Shown here: positions 30,990 to 41,527 of the stretch, one piece after another
Layout of the letters: each line of letters opens with the position of its first letter
Numbering within the stretch: position 1 is the stretch's first letter
Origin: Clostridium sp.
GTDB lineage: Bacteria > Bacillota > Clostridia > Clostridiales > Clostridiaceae
DNA length: 64,000 nucleotides
Direction: 5' to 3'
NCBI GenBank assembly: GCA_018372555.1
Contig: JAHAIU010000002.1
Coordinates: 3,308 to 67,307 of the forward strand
Translations under genes and position numbers: made by a program
Notes under the pieces: generated by a model
Seen by the model: only the letters and a program-made list of their open reading frames with translations
Told to the model about the DNA's origin: nothing
Database searches by the model: none

Positions 30990-31589
30990 TTATTCTTCAG
31001 AATTTGCAAAGAAACTCTTTATTTCATCAATATCATCGTTATAACTATCTTCTATTTCCTCAATATTTTTCCTTGATAAATCTATGCCTTTTTCTTCTAT
31101 CATTTTTTCTAACGGCTCAGAAATATTGTAATTCTTAGTTAAATCTTTTTCAAGTTCATCAAAAGTTTCTGTTTGAGCATTCATAAAGTTTCTAAACTTA
31201 GCTCTAAACTTAATAAACTCTTGCTTAACCTTCTCATATTCATCATTAATTAAGATAACATCATTATGAGCTTTATCTAATACCTTCTGAGCTGATTCAT
31301 TTGCCTTAGAAAGAATCATTTCAGCTTCTTTTTGTGAAGTTTCTCTAGCTTGTTCTGCTGCATTTTGTGCAAGTAGCAATGTATTTTGAATAGTATTTTC
31401 TATTTTAACATAATGCTCAAGCTTTTCATTGACTCTAGATAAATTTTCCTTTAATCTTGAATTTTCCTTATATAGCTCTTCATAGTTATCTATAATTTCA
31501 TTTATAAATTCATCTACTTCTTCACTATCATAACCCCTAAACCCTTTTTTAAACTCTTTGTTACTTATATCCATTGGAGTAAGCTTCAT
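30990..31589 (-). CDS. divIVA: Cell division protein DivIVA
   Basis: LTPMDI.NKEFKKGFRGYD.EEVDEF motif; coiled coil. Confidence 0.95.
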   Translation of the reverse strand: MKLTPMDISNKEFKKGFRGYDSEEVDEFINEIIDNYEELYKENSRLKENLSRVNEKLEHYVKIENTIQNTLLLAQNAAEQARETSQKEAEMILSKANESAQKVLDKAHNDVILINDEYEKVKQEFIKFRAKFRNFMNAQTETFDELEKDLTKNYNISEPLEKMIEEKGIDLSRKNIEEIEDSYNDDIDEIKSFFANSEE

Positions 31590-31606
31590 AATATCACCTC
31601 TAAATT

Positions 31607-32377
31607 TTAAATATATTTTTTAATTCTCACCTTTTGCTTCCCACTTCTAGTTTCACCTATAATATCTCCTACTAAAAACTTACCACTACCTCTAACAGTA
31701 ATCCTTGCACCTTTAATTATTTCTTGGCTTTTATCTTTTGCTTTAACATAGTCTATTAAAACTTTACCAGAGTCAATTACTTCAATAGCCTTTGATCTAG
31801 AGAAATTACAAAGTTTTGCTACTATACTATCAATTCTTAAAGAAGCAACATTTATTACAAACTCTTCAAAATCTACTTCAGGCATATCTTCCATATCAGT
31901 TAATAAAGTAACTTCAACTGGAGACTTTCCAATATAAGATAAATTACTTAAAATATAATTGCTTATTTCATTAATTACTGGTAAATAAGCAGCATTTTCC
32001 TTCACTACTATATCACCAATTTTATTTCTTTCTATTCCTAATGACAAAATGCCACCAAGAAAGTCTTTATGCTTCAATTTTGAAAAGTTAGATTTATTCA
32101 TAATTTTAATTATGTCAATGGGAAACTCTATTTTATAATTATTATTAAATGAAATCATTCTTCTTTCAGCTTCTGGAAAAAGCCCATTACTTTCTACTAA
32201 AAAATTATTACTATTTAAATTTTTTTCAAAATAACTCCATATATTTGGTGGATAAAAAGCATTACTAAAAACAGGAATATCTTTTTCATAAGCTAATTTA
32301 TATTTTTCATAAATCTTAATTGCATCTATAATGTCTTCATCCATAAAAATATTAAGGAGTTTTTCCTTAGATAACAT
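31607..32377 (-). CDS. ylmH: YlmH family S4 RNA-binding protein
   Basis: H.DFLG.ILSLGI.R.KIGDI, SLRIDS and VRGSGK motifs. Confidence 0.92.
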   Translation of the reverse strand: MLSKEKLLNIFMDEDIIDAIKIYEKYKLAYEKDIPVFSNAFYPPNIWSYFEKNLNSNNFLVESNGLFPEAERRMISFNNNYKIEFPIDIIKIMNKSNFSKLKHKDFLGGILSLGIERNKIGDIVVKENAAYLPVINEISNYILSNLSYIGKSPVEVTLLTDMEDMPEVDFEEFVINVASLRIDSIVAKLCNFSRSKAIEVIDSGKVLIDYVKAKDKSQEIIKGARITVRGSGKFLVGDIIGETRSGKQKVRIKKYI

Positions 32378-32403
32378 TAAAACAACTCCTTAAATTCAAA
32401 TTT

Positions 32404-32856
32404 TTATTTATTAAAATTAAATAATGCTCTAGAACTTAATTCATTTTTTAACTCATTTGTTACTTCTACATTTGAAGGTGAAAGTAAATATACTCTTTGT
32501 TCTATTTCTTGAAGTGTTGCTCCTAATACAAAGCAAGAACCACTAATAAAATCAACTAATCTTTGAGCTACCTTAGTTTCTAATGTAGTTGCATTAACCA
32601 AAACTATTTTTCTTGCCTTAATAGCATCTGCTATATCTCTAGCATCATCATAGTTCATTGGTTTTGTAACCATAACTTTTGCTGTTGATGAAGTATGTAT
32701 ATTTACTACCTTATTAGCTTTTTGTCTATTTCCAATAGTAACTATATCCTCTACTACTTCCTCTTCTTCCATTTCTTCATCATTTATATCATCGTATTCA
32801 TCTTCATATTCTCCAAGGCCAATTATTTCTTTTAATTTTCCAAACATATTACTCAT
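32404..32856 (-). CDS. sepF: Cell division protein SepF
   Basis: N-terminal amphipathic helix; AQRLVDFISG motif. Confidence 0.94.
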   Translation of the reverse strand: MSNMFGKLKEIIGLGEYEDEYDDINDEEMEEEEVVEDIVTIGNRQKANKVVNIHTSSTAKVMVTKPMNYDDARDIADAIKARKIVLVNATTLETKVAQRLVDFISGSCFVLGATLQEIEQRVYLLSPSNVEVTNELKNELSSRALFNFNK

Positions 32857-33526
32857 TTAAATCTCCTCCTAAATATTTTCTTTTACCAAATATCCCTTCC
32901 CCTACTCTAATTAAATTAGATCCTTCCTCAATAGCAATTTTATAATCATGAGTCATTCCCATAGATAATATTTCCATAGATATATTTTTATAATTTTCTT
33001 TGCTTACTTTATCAAAAATAGCTTTCATCTTACTAAAATAATATCTATTTTCTTCATCATTACCTTTTGGGATAACTGTCATAAGCCCTTTTACCTTACA
33101 ATATTCGCATTTTTCTACTTCTTCTATCATTTTAGGAAGTTCTTCTTCGAATATGCCACCCTTGCTTTCTTCTTTTCCTATGTTAATTTGAATTAAGAGA
33201 TTTGCATAAATCTTATCTTTTGAAAATTCCTTTTCTATTTTTCGAAGTAATTTTATGCTAGATAAAGAATGTATTAAATGTACTTTACCAACTAAATATT
33301 TAACTTTATTAGTTTGTAAATTCCCTATAAAATGCCACCTAATATCTTTTGGAAGAATCTCTTCTTTATATATTAGCTCTTGAACTTTATTTTCTCCAAA
33401 ATCTCTTTGATTTTTTTTGTAAGCTAGCTCAAGATCTTCAATTGGCTTAGTCTTTGATACAGCTACTAAAGTCACATTGTTTGGTATTTTTCCTATTATC
33501 TCTGCTATATTTTCTCCTATATTCAA
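32849..33526 (-). CDS. yggS: PLP homeostasis protein (YggS/YlmE)
   Basis: VAVSKTK, FGENKVQE, WHFIGNLQTNK and LSMGM motifs. Confidence 0.95.
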   Translation of the reverse strand: MNIGENIAEIIGKIPNNVTLVAVSKTKPIEDLELAYKKNQRDFGENKVQELIYKEEILPKDIRWHFIGNLQTNKVKYLVGKVHLIHSLSSIKLLRKIEKEFSKDKIYANLLIQINIGKEESKGGIFEEELPKMIEEVEKCEYCKVKGLMTVIPKGNDEENRYYFSKMKAIFDKVSKENYKNISMEILSMGMTHDYKIAIEEGSNLIRVGEGIFGKRKYLGGDLNE

Positions 33527-33557
33527 GACACTACCTCCTATTAAAGTATTTAGTTAG

Positions 33558-33583
33558 CAATTTACATAATCAATTTACATAAT
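33558..33583. repeat. Perfect 13-bp tandem duplication in the yggS leader
   Basis: CAATTTACATAAT x2. Confidence 0.9.
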
Positions 33584-33589
33584 GTACTT

Positions 33590-33614
33590 ATTCTACACAA
33601 AGTCTTAAAATCCT
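33590..33614 (-). promoter_or_regulatory. SigH-type promoter for yggS-sepF-ylmH-divIVA
   Basis: Minus strand gaAGGA-N17-GAAT, the canonical SigH spacing. Confidence 0.7.
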
Positions 33615-33641
33615 TCATTTTTTTAATTTTTTTATTTTAAG

Positions 33642-34379
33642 TTATTTAACTTCATATCTCTCCATATAATTAGCTTCCACGAATTGCTTAGTTGCAGGAA
33701 TTATTAATTCTTCTTTTTCCTCTATTTCAACTTTAATTCCTCTTATTAATAAGTTTTGAATAAAACTATTATCTGATAATAAATACGCTTTCATTTCTTC
33801 TGGATTACCTATTGCATATATATGAAAGGGAGCACCAGTAGTGGAATCATCATCAAATACTATAGAAGCCCAATTACACTTTACTCCTGTTTTTGGCAAT
33901 ACTCTATGATCATTTATTGATATTGCTTGAGCCCCAGCATGTCTAATCTCATTAATAGTTCTTGAAAAGTCATCTTCATGGAATAATTTCATATTTATCT
34001 GAAAGCTAGTATCTAGGATCTTATCTATATCTGCATCTTGAATTTTAATAATCAATCCTGGTCCCTTTACATCAGTTATACCACTTAATCCCCCATAATC
34101 AATAAGCTGACCTTTCATATTTTCAATTAATTTTTTCTTTTTTTCAGGATCAGTTCCCTTATACTCATTTATTTTATCTTCGTATTCAATATTTTGATTT
34201 TGAATATCTTCAATTTCTTTATAAAGCTTATTTCTCTCTTCAACTGCCTTTTTATAATCAACAGCATTTAATGAAGCAATATTCTCACTAGTATTATTCA
34301 TATCCATAGTATTAATAATTAAAAAACCAGTAAAAACAGATGCAATTAAAATGAAAAACTTTCCTTTTAATTTTTTCAT
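33642..34379 (-). CDS. DUF881 family protein (YlxW/YlxX-like)
   Basis: TM + coiled coil; G.TDVKGPG and AGAQAISIND motifs. Confidence 0.88.
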   Translation of the reverse strand: MKKLKGKFFILIASVFTGFLIINTMDMNNTSENIASLNAVDYKKAVEERNKLYKEIEDIQNQNIEYEDKINEYKGTDPEKKKKLIENMKGQLIDYGGLSGITDVKGPGLIIKIQDADIDKILDTSFQINMKLFHEDDFSRTINEIRHAGAQAISINDHRVLPKTGVKCNWASIVFDDDSTTGAPFHIYAIGNPEEMKAYLLSDNSFIQNLLIRGIKVEIEEKEELIIPATKQFVEANYMERYEVK

Positions 34380-34730
34380 TTATTCACCTCTTTTATAGTT
34401 CTTTAAATTCTCAATTATCAACCTTCTTATTACAGCAAAGTTATCAAATATTCTGCCTCCAAATACTATTATAGCTGCTATATATACAGGAATACCAAGT
34501 TTATCTCCTAAATACGCAAGGCCTGCTGCTAATAATGCATTACCAAAGAACCCTGAAATGAATATATCTGCTTTAAAATTCTTAGATAATGAAGCTCTTA
34601 CCGCCCCAAAAACTGAATCTAAACAAGCTAGTATTGCAACAGACATATAGGGAGATAATGTAGATGGTATATTTACTTCTAATATTAACCCTAATACAAT
34701 TCCAAGTAGTAGTCCTATAAATGCTATCAT
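34380..34730 (-). CDS. sbp: Small basic protein (DUF1290)
   Basis: YMSVAILACLDSVFG and FGGRIFDNFA motifs. Confidence 0.92.
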   Translation of the reverse strand: MIAFIGLLLGIVLGLILEVNIPSTLSPYMSVAILACLDSVFGAVRASLSKNFKADIFISGFFGNALLAAGLAYLGDKLGIPVYIAAIIVFGGRIFDNFAVIRRLIIENLKNYKRGE

Positions 34731-34742
34731 TTCCTCTCCCCC

Positions 34743-35459
34743 TTAATTTACTGGAATAACATACTCATTTTTTAAAGTTTGAGTAGTTTTATTTATTATA
34801 ACTTCATCAACTAACTCTATTTTATGATCATAGTTCATAAGAGCACCATAATCTAATCCTCCTGGAAAGTTAACTGCAAGATTAAAAGCTTGCTTATCTC
34901 CTATTGCTTTTATTACAACTTTCTCTGTATGATCTATTTGTTTTGTACCAACCCATATCCAGCTTCCAGAGTTTTTAATTCCACTTTGAGGTGTAACTCT
35001 AACATCGTTAACTGATATAGCTTCTGCTTTTTGGAATCTTAAAAAGTTAACTATATGAACTATTTCATCCTCAGTAATAATCCTATTTGTTGTATCGTTA
35101 TTAGATCCAAATATATTAGTTTTTGGTGTTAAAGTTATTATAATTCCTGGCCCTTTTACATCTAGCAATCCTAAATTCATTCTAGCATTGTCTAGTTGCT
35201 TCTTAATTTCAGCTTCAACTTCACCTTCTGCTGCTACAGTTTCTTCTAATTTTTTTAGTTCTTCTGATAGTGAATTATTAGCATTAACTAATTCTTCTTT
35301 TTCCTTTTTTAAAGATTCAACTTCTGCCGCAATATCTAAATTTTGATTCGGTAAATTAACCTTGTTTTTTTCATTTAATAATTTAAACTGATGTGCAAGC
35401 AAAAAGCCTAGTAATGCACATACAACTGCTACAAATATTTGTGATGTAATTTTCTTCAT
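34743..35459 (-). CDS. DUF881 family protein (YlxW/YlxX-like)
   Basis: TM + coiled coil; DVKGPG and AEAISVND motifs. Confidence 0.88.
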   Translation of the reverse strand: MKKITSQIFVAVVCALLGFLLAHQFKLLNEKNKVNLPNQNLDIAAEVESLKKEKEELVNANNSLSEELKKLEETVAAEGEVEAEIKKQLDNARMNLGLLDVKGPGIIITLTPKTNIFGSNNDTTNRIITEDEIVHIVNFLRFQKAEAISVNDVRVTPQSGIKNSGSWIWVGTKQIDHTEKVVIKAIGDKQAFNLAVNFPGGLDYGALMNYDHKIELVDEVIINKTTQTLKNEYVIPVN

Positions 35460-35473
35460 TCATCTGCCTCCCC

Positions 35474-36226
35474 TCACTCACTAACTTTCATTACTGGTGG
35501 TACTCCATCCACGCTCATATCTATGTATCCCTTAGCTATTGTTCCTTGGTTAATTAAGTTTAATGCTAAGTTTATTTTATCTAAAAGATTTTCTCTATCT
35601 CCAATTCTTATTTCAACATTACCTATGTAACATATAATGCTATTAGTATTATTTAAATTAATTTCAGAAAAACTCTGCCCCTCAGGCATATTTTCAATAA
35701 GGGTATAAAATTCATCCAAAGCCTTAGGTAGTTCCATATTATCTGATATAGATTCACCTAACTTTTTATTAGATACATCAAGGCCTGAAATTTTTGTTAA
35801 TGTTCTATCAGATATATCAACTACTTCTTCTACTATTACCCCTTCATTATTAATTATCTTATAGTTTCCATTATTTTCGATATAATAAGCAACTTTATTT
35901 TCAGTAATATCTATATTTATCTTATTAATACCACTTTTACTTATTTTAACATCTTTTATATAGGGATTTTCCTTCAATTTATTTATAATATCATTGTAAT
36001 CTAAGGTGAAAATATTTCCCCCTATATTATACTTTAGTTTTTCTTGTAAACTTTCATTACTAATTGTTACTAATCCACTAATTTTTATTTCCTTTAAATT
36101 AAAAAAAGGAGCTTTATATATAAATATAATAATTCCAATTATGAAAACAAATAAACCTAAAATAATTCTTTTTATTAACTTTTTCTTTTTTTTCTTCTTA
36201 ACAAATTTATTTACCTTTTTATTCAT
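35474..36226 (-). CDS. ftsQ: Cell division protein FtsQ/DivIB
   Basis: Basic N-terminus, TM, POTRA domain (L..NPYIK), GYIDM. Confidence 0.85.
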   Translation of the reverse strand: MNKKVNKFVKKKKKKKLIKRIILGLFVFIIGIIIFIYKAPFFNLKEIKISGLVTISNESLQEKLKYNIGGNIFTLDYNDIINKLKENPYIKDVKISKSGINKINIDITENKVAYYIENNGNYKIINNEGVIVEEVVDISDRTLTKISGLDVSNKKLGESISDNMELPKALDEFYTLIENMPEGQSFSEINLNNTNSIICYIGNVEIRIGDRENLLDKINLALNLINQGTIAKGYIDMSVDGVPPVMKVSE

Positions 36227-36410
36227 AGCTAACCTACTTTTACATAATTTCTATCTAGTATAATAATATCACTTTTTGGGTATTTTTTCATTACTATTTT
36301 TACTAAATTTAAATTTTTTATAATAATTTAATAAATTCTCCTATAAATCTATATTAATAAACTTAACTTACCTTAAACTTACATATGTCATCACAAACTT
36401 TTTTTCAGCA

Positions 36411-36449
36411 AAATAAAAGAGTGAAATTTTAAAATAACCTCACTCTTTT
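36411..36449 (-). terminator. Terminator after spoVE
   Basis: AAAAGAGTGA/TCACTCTTTT inverted repeat with T-rich tail. Confidence 0.7.
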
Positions 36450-36453
36450 ATAC

Positions 36454-37572
36454 CTATATTTCTTTTCCTTGTGTCTGCCTCGATATGTTTAAAAGTATTC
36501 CCATAGCAAGCATATTAATAACTAAGGATGTACCTCCATAACTTATAAATGGCATAGGCACCCCTGTTACTGGCATAGATCCAGTAACGACTGCTATATT
36601 AATAATTGCTTGAACTGCTATTATTGAAGTTATTCCAATTGCTAAAAGAGTTCCGTAAGTATCTTTAGCCTTTAATGCAACTTTTATCCCTCTCCAAATA
36701 AAGAATACAAATATACTAACTATAAGTAAACATCCTATTAATCCAAGCTCCTCACCTATAATTGAGAAAATGAAATCATTATGGGGTTCTGGCATATATA
36801 AAGTCTTTTGTCTAGATTGACCTAGCCCAAGTCCCGTTACACCACCTGCCCCCAAGGCATAAAAAGATTGAATTAATTGGTATCCATCTCCCGCTGGATC
36901 TTGCCATGGATTTAAAAAATTTAACATCCTTGCTCTTCTATAATCTTCACCAAATATAAAGAACATTACTGCTACTAACAGTACAGGTGCAACTTTCCCA
37001 AAAAGATCTTGTATTCTTCCACCTGCAACAAATAACATAATAAAAGTAACTATCATTATAATAGCTGCTATACTTAAGTTTTTTTCTGCTAATATCATAG
37101 CTGCAAAAAATCCTGAAACCCCTAAGTATGGAACAATTCCAGTCCAAAACTTTTTAACCCCATCTCCTTTAATATCTAAACTCATTGCTAAAAACATTAC
37201 AACAACATATTTAGTTAATTCAGATGGTTGAAAAGATAATGGTCCAAGTTGAATCCATCTTTTAGCACCGTTAACTGCTGGAAAAAAGAATACTGCAATT
37301 AATAACGGTATAGTTACAATAAGTAAATAAGGTGTAATTTTTCTTAGTTTATGATAATCAATTCTTGAAATTAAACCCATTCCTATTATTCCAGTAATAG
37401 CCCAAATTAATTGCTTTTTTAAATATACCATGCTATCACCTTCTTTAAACATAGCATAGTAAGAACTAGCTGAGTAAATCATTATTACTCCAATAGCTAG
37501 TAAAAATATAACAGCATAAAAAATACCATAGTCAAATTCATTAACCCTACCCTTTGGCTTTGCTGTTCTCAT
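36454..37572 (-). CDS. spoVE: SEDS glycosyltransferase SpoVE/FtsW
   Basis: GAKRWI, QPSE, PEPHNDFIF and PFISYGGTS motifs. Confidence 0.9.
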   Translation of the reverse strand: MRTAKPKGRVNEFDYGIFYAVIFLLAIGVIMIYSASSYYAMFKEGDSMVYLKKQLIWAITGIIGMGLISRIDYHKLRKITPYLLIVTIPLLIAVFFFPAVNGAKRWIQLGPLSFQPSELTKYVVVMFLAMSLDIKGDGVKKFWTGIVPYLGVSGFFAAMILAEKNLSIAAIIMIVTFIMLFVAGGRIQDLFGKVAPVLLVAVMFFIFGEDYRRARMLNFLNPWQDPAGDGYQLIQSFYALGAGGVTGLGLGQSRQKTLYMPEPHNDFIFSIIGEELGLIGCLLIVSIFVFFIWRGIKVALKAKDTYGTLLAIGITSIIAVQAIINIAVVTGSMPVTGVPMPFISYGGTSLVINMLAMGILLNISRQTQGKEI

Positions 37573-37593
37573 AAAAACTCCTCCAATCAACGA

Positions 37594-38568
37594 TTAAAGG
37601 GCTATAAATCCTATAACGCATAATAAAACAGTAATTATAGAAAATACAGTTACTATTTTAGTTTCGCTCCATCCTTCTTGCTCAAAATGATGATGAATTG
37701 GTGCCATCTTAAATAATCTCTTACCTCTTAACTTATAAGATGAAACTTGTAATATAACAGATATAGTTTCAAATACATAAATTCCACCAACTATAACTAA
37801 AATAAGTGGTAATTCTAATATTAATGCAATAGTAGCTATTGCTCCACCTATTGCTAGTGATCCAGTATCGCCCATAAATACTTTAGCTGGATATGCATTG
37901 AATTTAAGAAATCCAAGAAGTCCTCCGGCTAAAATAAAGGAAAATACTGATAAGGACTCATGTCCCATTGTAAATGAAACTACTCCAAAGAAAGTTAATA
38001 CTAAAATACTAACAGTAGATGCTAATCCATCTAATCCATCTGTTAAGTTTACTGCATTAGTCGTACCAGCATAATAAACTATAACAAAAGGTATATAAAG
38101 TATTCCAAGTGGAATTTTAGTTCCTATAAAAGGTATCATTAAACCTGTGCCTAAATTTACACTTCCATAAACTGCAATTGCAGTAGAAAAAATAATTAAT
38201 AATAGCATCTTTTGCCAAGCCTTTAAACCTTCATTCTGTTTTTTGACAATTTTTAAGAAATCATCTAAAAATCCAATAAATCCAAAAGCAAGTAATGAAT
38301 AAAGCGCAATCATCGCTTCATCTGTTGGATTATATCTCATTACCACCATTACTATAAGTGTTGAAATAATAAATATCAACCCACCAATAGTAGGCGTTCC
38401 AGCCTTTTTAAGATGGCTTTGAGGCCCTTCTTTTCTTATATTTTGCCCAAATTTAAGTCTTTGTAGCATTGGAATTATAATTGGTCCTAATACAATTGAA
38501 ATTATAAAGGATACAACAAGTCCAATTGCTATTTTTGATGTTATTATATCTACTAATTTATCCCCCAT
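37594..38568 (-). CDS. mraY: Phospho-MurNAc-pentapeptide transferase
   Basis: [23 protein letters not shown] and APIHHHFE motifs. Confidence 0.97.
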   Translation of the reverse strand: MGDKLVDIITSKIAIGLVVSFIISIVLGPIIIPMLQRLKFGQNIRKEGPQSHLKKAGTPTIGGLIFIISTLIVMVVMRYNPTDEAMIALYSLLAFGFIGFLDDFLKIVKKQNEGLKAWQKMLLLIIFSTAIAVYGSVNLGTGLMIPFIGTKIPLGILYIPFVIVYYAGTTNAVNLTDGLDGLASTVSILVLTFFGVVSFTMGHESLSVFSFILAGGLLGFLKFNAYPAKVFMGDTGSLAIGGAIATIALILELPLILVIVGGIYVFETISVILQVSSYKLRGKRLFKMAPIHHHFEQEGWSETKIVTVFSIITVLLCVIGFIAL

Positions 38569-38601
38569 TGTTACTGCCGTATTGGCAGTTCACCTCCTTT
38601 G

Positions 38602-39963
38602 TTATACATCTGCCTCTTCTAATGAATTTACTATTTCTTCAAACTTCATTCCTCTTGAAGCTTTAACTAAAATTACATCATTTTCTTTAATTATAGTTTT
38701 TAAATCATCTATGAAATCTTTTTTATCTTCAAATGTAAGTATGCTATCTAAAGAATATCCTTTTCTAAAACATTCTTTATAGCTTCCTATAGCTATTAAT
38801 AAATCAACCTTATCTTTAGCATAACTTCCTACCTCAGTATGTGCATTTACAGCTTCATCGCCAAGTTCATTCATAGTTCCAAGTATAGCTATCTTTCTTC
38901 CTTTTTTATAAGCGCTGAGTACATCCATAGAAGATTTCATTGAATCAGGACTTGCATTATAACAATCATTTATTATTGTTATCTTATCTCTTTTTATAAC
39001 TTCTAGTCTCATAGAAGTAGCTTCTAAATTTTTAATCCCGAGCTTCATTTCTTCAAATGATAATTTAAACTTTTTAGCTACAGCTATTGCAAGCATAGAA
39101 TTCAAAATATTATGTTTTCCTGCCATAGGTATGTTAAATATTATCTCTTGATTATTATCTTGTATAGAAAAGGTAGTATTATCTTCCATTAGTATAATAT
39201 TAAAAGCATAAACATCATATTCATGATTATAGCCAATTCTTAAAATTTCAAAACATTTATCTTTTATTTTTAATAAATTTTTATCTTCACCATTAATTAT
39301 TAAACAATTGCTTTCATCAAAGTAATTAAATATTTCAGATTTAGCCTTTAAAATATTCTCTTGAGTTTTTAAGTTTTCTATATGAGATAATCCTATATTA
39401 GTAATTACAGCAATATCTGGTCTTGCACATTTAGCAAGTACATCTATTTCACCTAAGTCACTCATTCCCATTTCTAATACAGCAACATCATAAGTGCTAT
39501 CTAATTCTAATATCATAAGTGGTAAACCTATTTGATTATTAAAATTCCCCTTAGTCTTAAAAACCTTATATTTTTCACTTAAAAAGGCTGCAATTAAATC
39601 CTTAGTAGAAGTCTTACCGCAAGAACCAGTTACTCCAACAACTTTTAATCCTAGCTTCTTTCTATAAAAGCTAGCTAAATCTAATAATGCTTTTTCTGTA
39701 TTATCAACTAAAATTACAGTTTGAGCTTCCTCTTCTTTATCAATATCAAATAATATTTCACTTACTATTGCAATAGATGCACCCTTTTTAAAGGCATCTA
39801 TTACAAACTTATTACCATCAAATCTTTCTCCCTTAATAGCAATATAAATATTATCTTTTTGAATTTTTCTAGTATCTATACAAACATTGTTAAAATTTTC
39901 TCGCCCTCTAACAACAACCTTACCATTAATTGCTTCAACTATTTCTTTAAAAGATAATTCCAC
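38602..39963 (-). CDS. murF: UDP-MurNAc-tripeptide D-Ala-D-Ala ligase
   Basis: TGSCGKTSTK, NFNNQIGLP, NDCYNASP and KASRG motifs; GTG start. Confidence 0.96.
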   Translation of the reverse strand: MELSFKEIVEAINGKVVVRGRENFNNVCIDTRKIQKDNIYIAIKGERFDGNKFVIDAFKKGASIAIVSEILFDIDKEEEAQTVILVDNTEKALLDLASFYRKKLGLKVVGVTGSCGKTSTKDLIAAFLSEKYKVFKTKGNFNNQIGLPLMILELDSTYDVAVLEMGMSDLGEIDVLAKCARPDIAVITNIGLSHIENLKTQENILKAKSEIFNYFDESNCLIINGEDKNLLKIKDKCFEILRIGYNHEYDVYAFNIILMEDNTTFSIQDNNQEIIFNIPMAGKHNILNSMLAIAVAKKFKLSFEEMKLGIKNLEATSMRLEVIKRDKITIINDCYNASPDSMKSSMDVLSAYKKGRKIAILGTMNELGDEAVNAHTEVGSYAKDKVDLLIAIGSYKECFRKGYSLDSILTFEDKKDFIDDLKTIIKENDVILVKASRGMKFEEIVNSLEEADV

Positions 39964-39977
39964 TTTATACACCTCTA

Positions 39978-41429
39978 TTATTTTCTTTTATCTGCTAAAA
40001 TTTCATCAACAACTTCTCTTTCATCAAAGTGTATTACACCTTCATTAGTTATTTGATAGTTTTCATGTCCTTTACCAGCTAAAACAACTACGTCTCCTTC
40101 TTCAGCCATATTTAGTGCAAGCCTTATAGCTTCTGTTCTATTTTCAATAGCTAAATAATTTGACTTTGTTATTCCTGCAATTATTTCTTTGATTATATAC
40201 ATAGGATCTTCATCTCTTGGATTATCAGAAGTTATTACTGCTAAGTCTGCAATTTCTGTTCCAATGCGTCCAAGTTCAGCTCTCTTTACTTTATCTCTAT
40301 CTCCGCCACAACCATAAACTGCTATTAATCTATTCTTAGTATAGCCTTTTAAAGTTTCTAGTATATTCTTAAGTCCATCTGGTGTATGTGCAAAATCAAT
40401 TATAATATCATAATTAATATCATACTTATATCCAACTCTCTCACATCTTCCTGGTACCACAACATCTAATAATCCCTTTTTAACAGCATTTACGCTAATA
40501 CCTAATATGTTAACAGCTGCAATTACTCCTAGTGCATTATAAATATTGTATTCTCCAGGTAAAACTGAGTTATAACTTTCACCATTTATATCAAAATGTA
40601 TATCACCTTCTTTTAAAGCTATATTCCTTGCTTTAAAATCACTTTCTTCTCTAATAGAATAAGTTCTTACCATTTTATTTTCTAACTTTTCTACATCTTT
40701 TAATACTCTATAACCATAATCATCATCTACATTTATAACACTAGCCTTACTTCTTTCAAAAAGCTTAAACTTAGCATTATAGTAATTTTCAAAGGACTTA
40801 TGGAAATCTAGATGATCCCTAGTTAAGTTAGTAAATATACCTACTTCAAACTCACAACCATACACTCTATCAAGTTGTAGTGAATGTGATGATACTTCCA
40901 TTACACAATATTCACAACCTTCATCTGCCATATCTTTAAATAACTTTTGAAGTTCTAAAGATTCTGGTGTAGTTCTTTCAGATTTAATCTTTTTATCTCC
41001 AATGTAGTTTGCTATTGTTCCTACAAGCCCAACTTTCTTTCCTTCTTTTTCAAGTATTGATTTTAATAAGTAAACAGTAGTTGTCTTACCATTTGTGCCC
41101 GTAACTCCTATTAGCTTTAACTTTTTAGTTGGATGATCATAATAGTTAGCTGACATTGTAGCTAACGCCTTTCTGCCTTCCTTAACTAATAATACAGTTA
41201 CATCTTTATCTTCTACAGTTATTTCTTTTTCACATAAAATAACCTTAGCTCCATTTTTTATAGCACTATTTGCATAATTATGTCCATCTACTTCAAAGCC
41301 TGTAAGACAAACAAATATATCTCCTTCTTTGATTTTCCTACTATCATATTGAATATGATTTATTTCCCTATCAATACTTCCATTTTTAAGTTCATAATTT
41401 ACCCCTTGTAATAAATCTACTAACTTCAT
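39978..41429 (-). CDS. murE: UDP-MurNAc-dipeptide meso-DAP ligase
   Basis: GTNGKTT, MEVSSH, DNPR (DAP-specific) and AGKGHE motifs. Confidence 0.96.
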   Translation of the reverse strand: MKLVDLLQGVNYELKNGSIDREINHIQYDSRKIKEGDIFVCLTGFEVDGHNYANSAIKNGAKVILCEKEITVEDKDVTVLLVKEGRKALATMSANYYDHPTKKLKLIGVTGTNGKTTTVYLLKSILEKEGKKVGLVGTIANYIGDKKIKSERTTPESLELQKLFKDMADEGCEYCVMEVSSHSLQLDRVYGCEFEVGIFTNLTRDHLDFHKSFENYYNAKFKLFERSKASVINVDDDYGYRVLKDVEKLENKMVRTYSIREESDFKARNIALKEGDIHFDINGESYNSVLPGEYNIYNALGVIAAVNILGISVNAVKKGLLDVVVPGRCERVGYKYDINYDIIIDFAHTPDGLKNILETLKGYTKNRLIAVYGCGGDRDKVKRAELGRIGTEIADLAVITSDNPRDEDPMYIIKEIIAGITKSNYLAIENRTEAIRLALNMAEEGDVVVLAGKGHENYQITNEGVIHFDEREVVDEILADKRK

Positions 41430-41481
41430 TTAATCATCTCCTTAATTATTTAAATGAACTCCCTGTCTTTTGAATATAAAT

Positions 41482-41508
41482 TTAGCATGTGAGTGTCCCA
41501 CATGCTAA
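41482..41508. terminator. Intercistronic hairpin between spoVD and murE
   Basis: TTAGCATGTG/CACATGCTAA 10-bp stem with only a weak U tail; could be a partial terminator or an mRNA stabiliser. Confidence 0.5.
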
Positions 41509-41527
41509 TGTTAAGGGATATTCTATC

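Noticed and set aside
36331..36352. Orphan RBS-like TTTATAGGAG after spoVE, also seen at about 23790
   Set aside because: No start codon or ORF follows, and an 11-nt match in AT-rich DNA can arise by chance.
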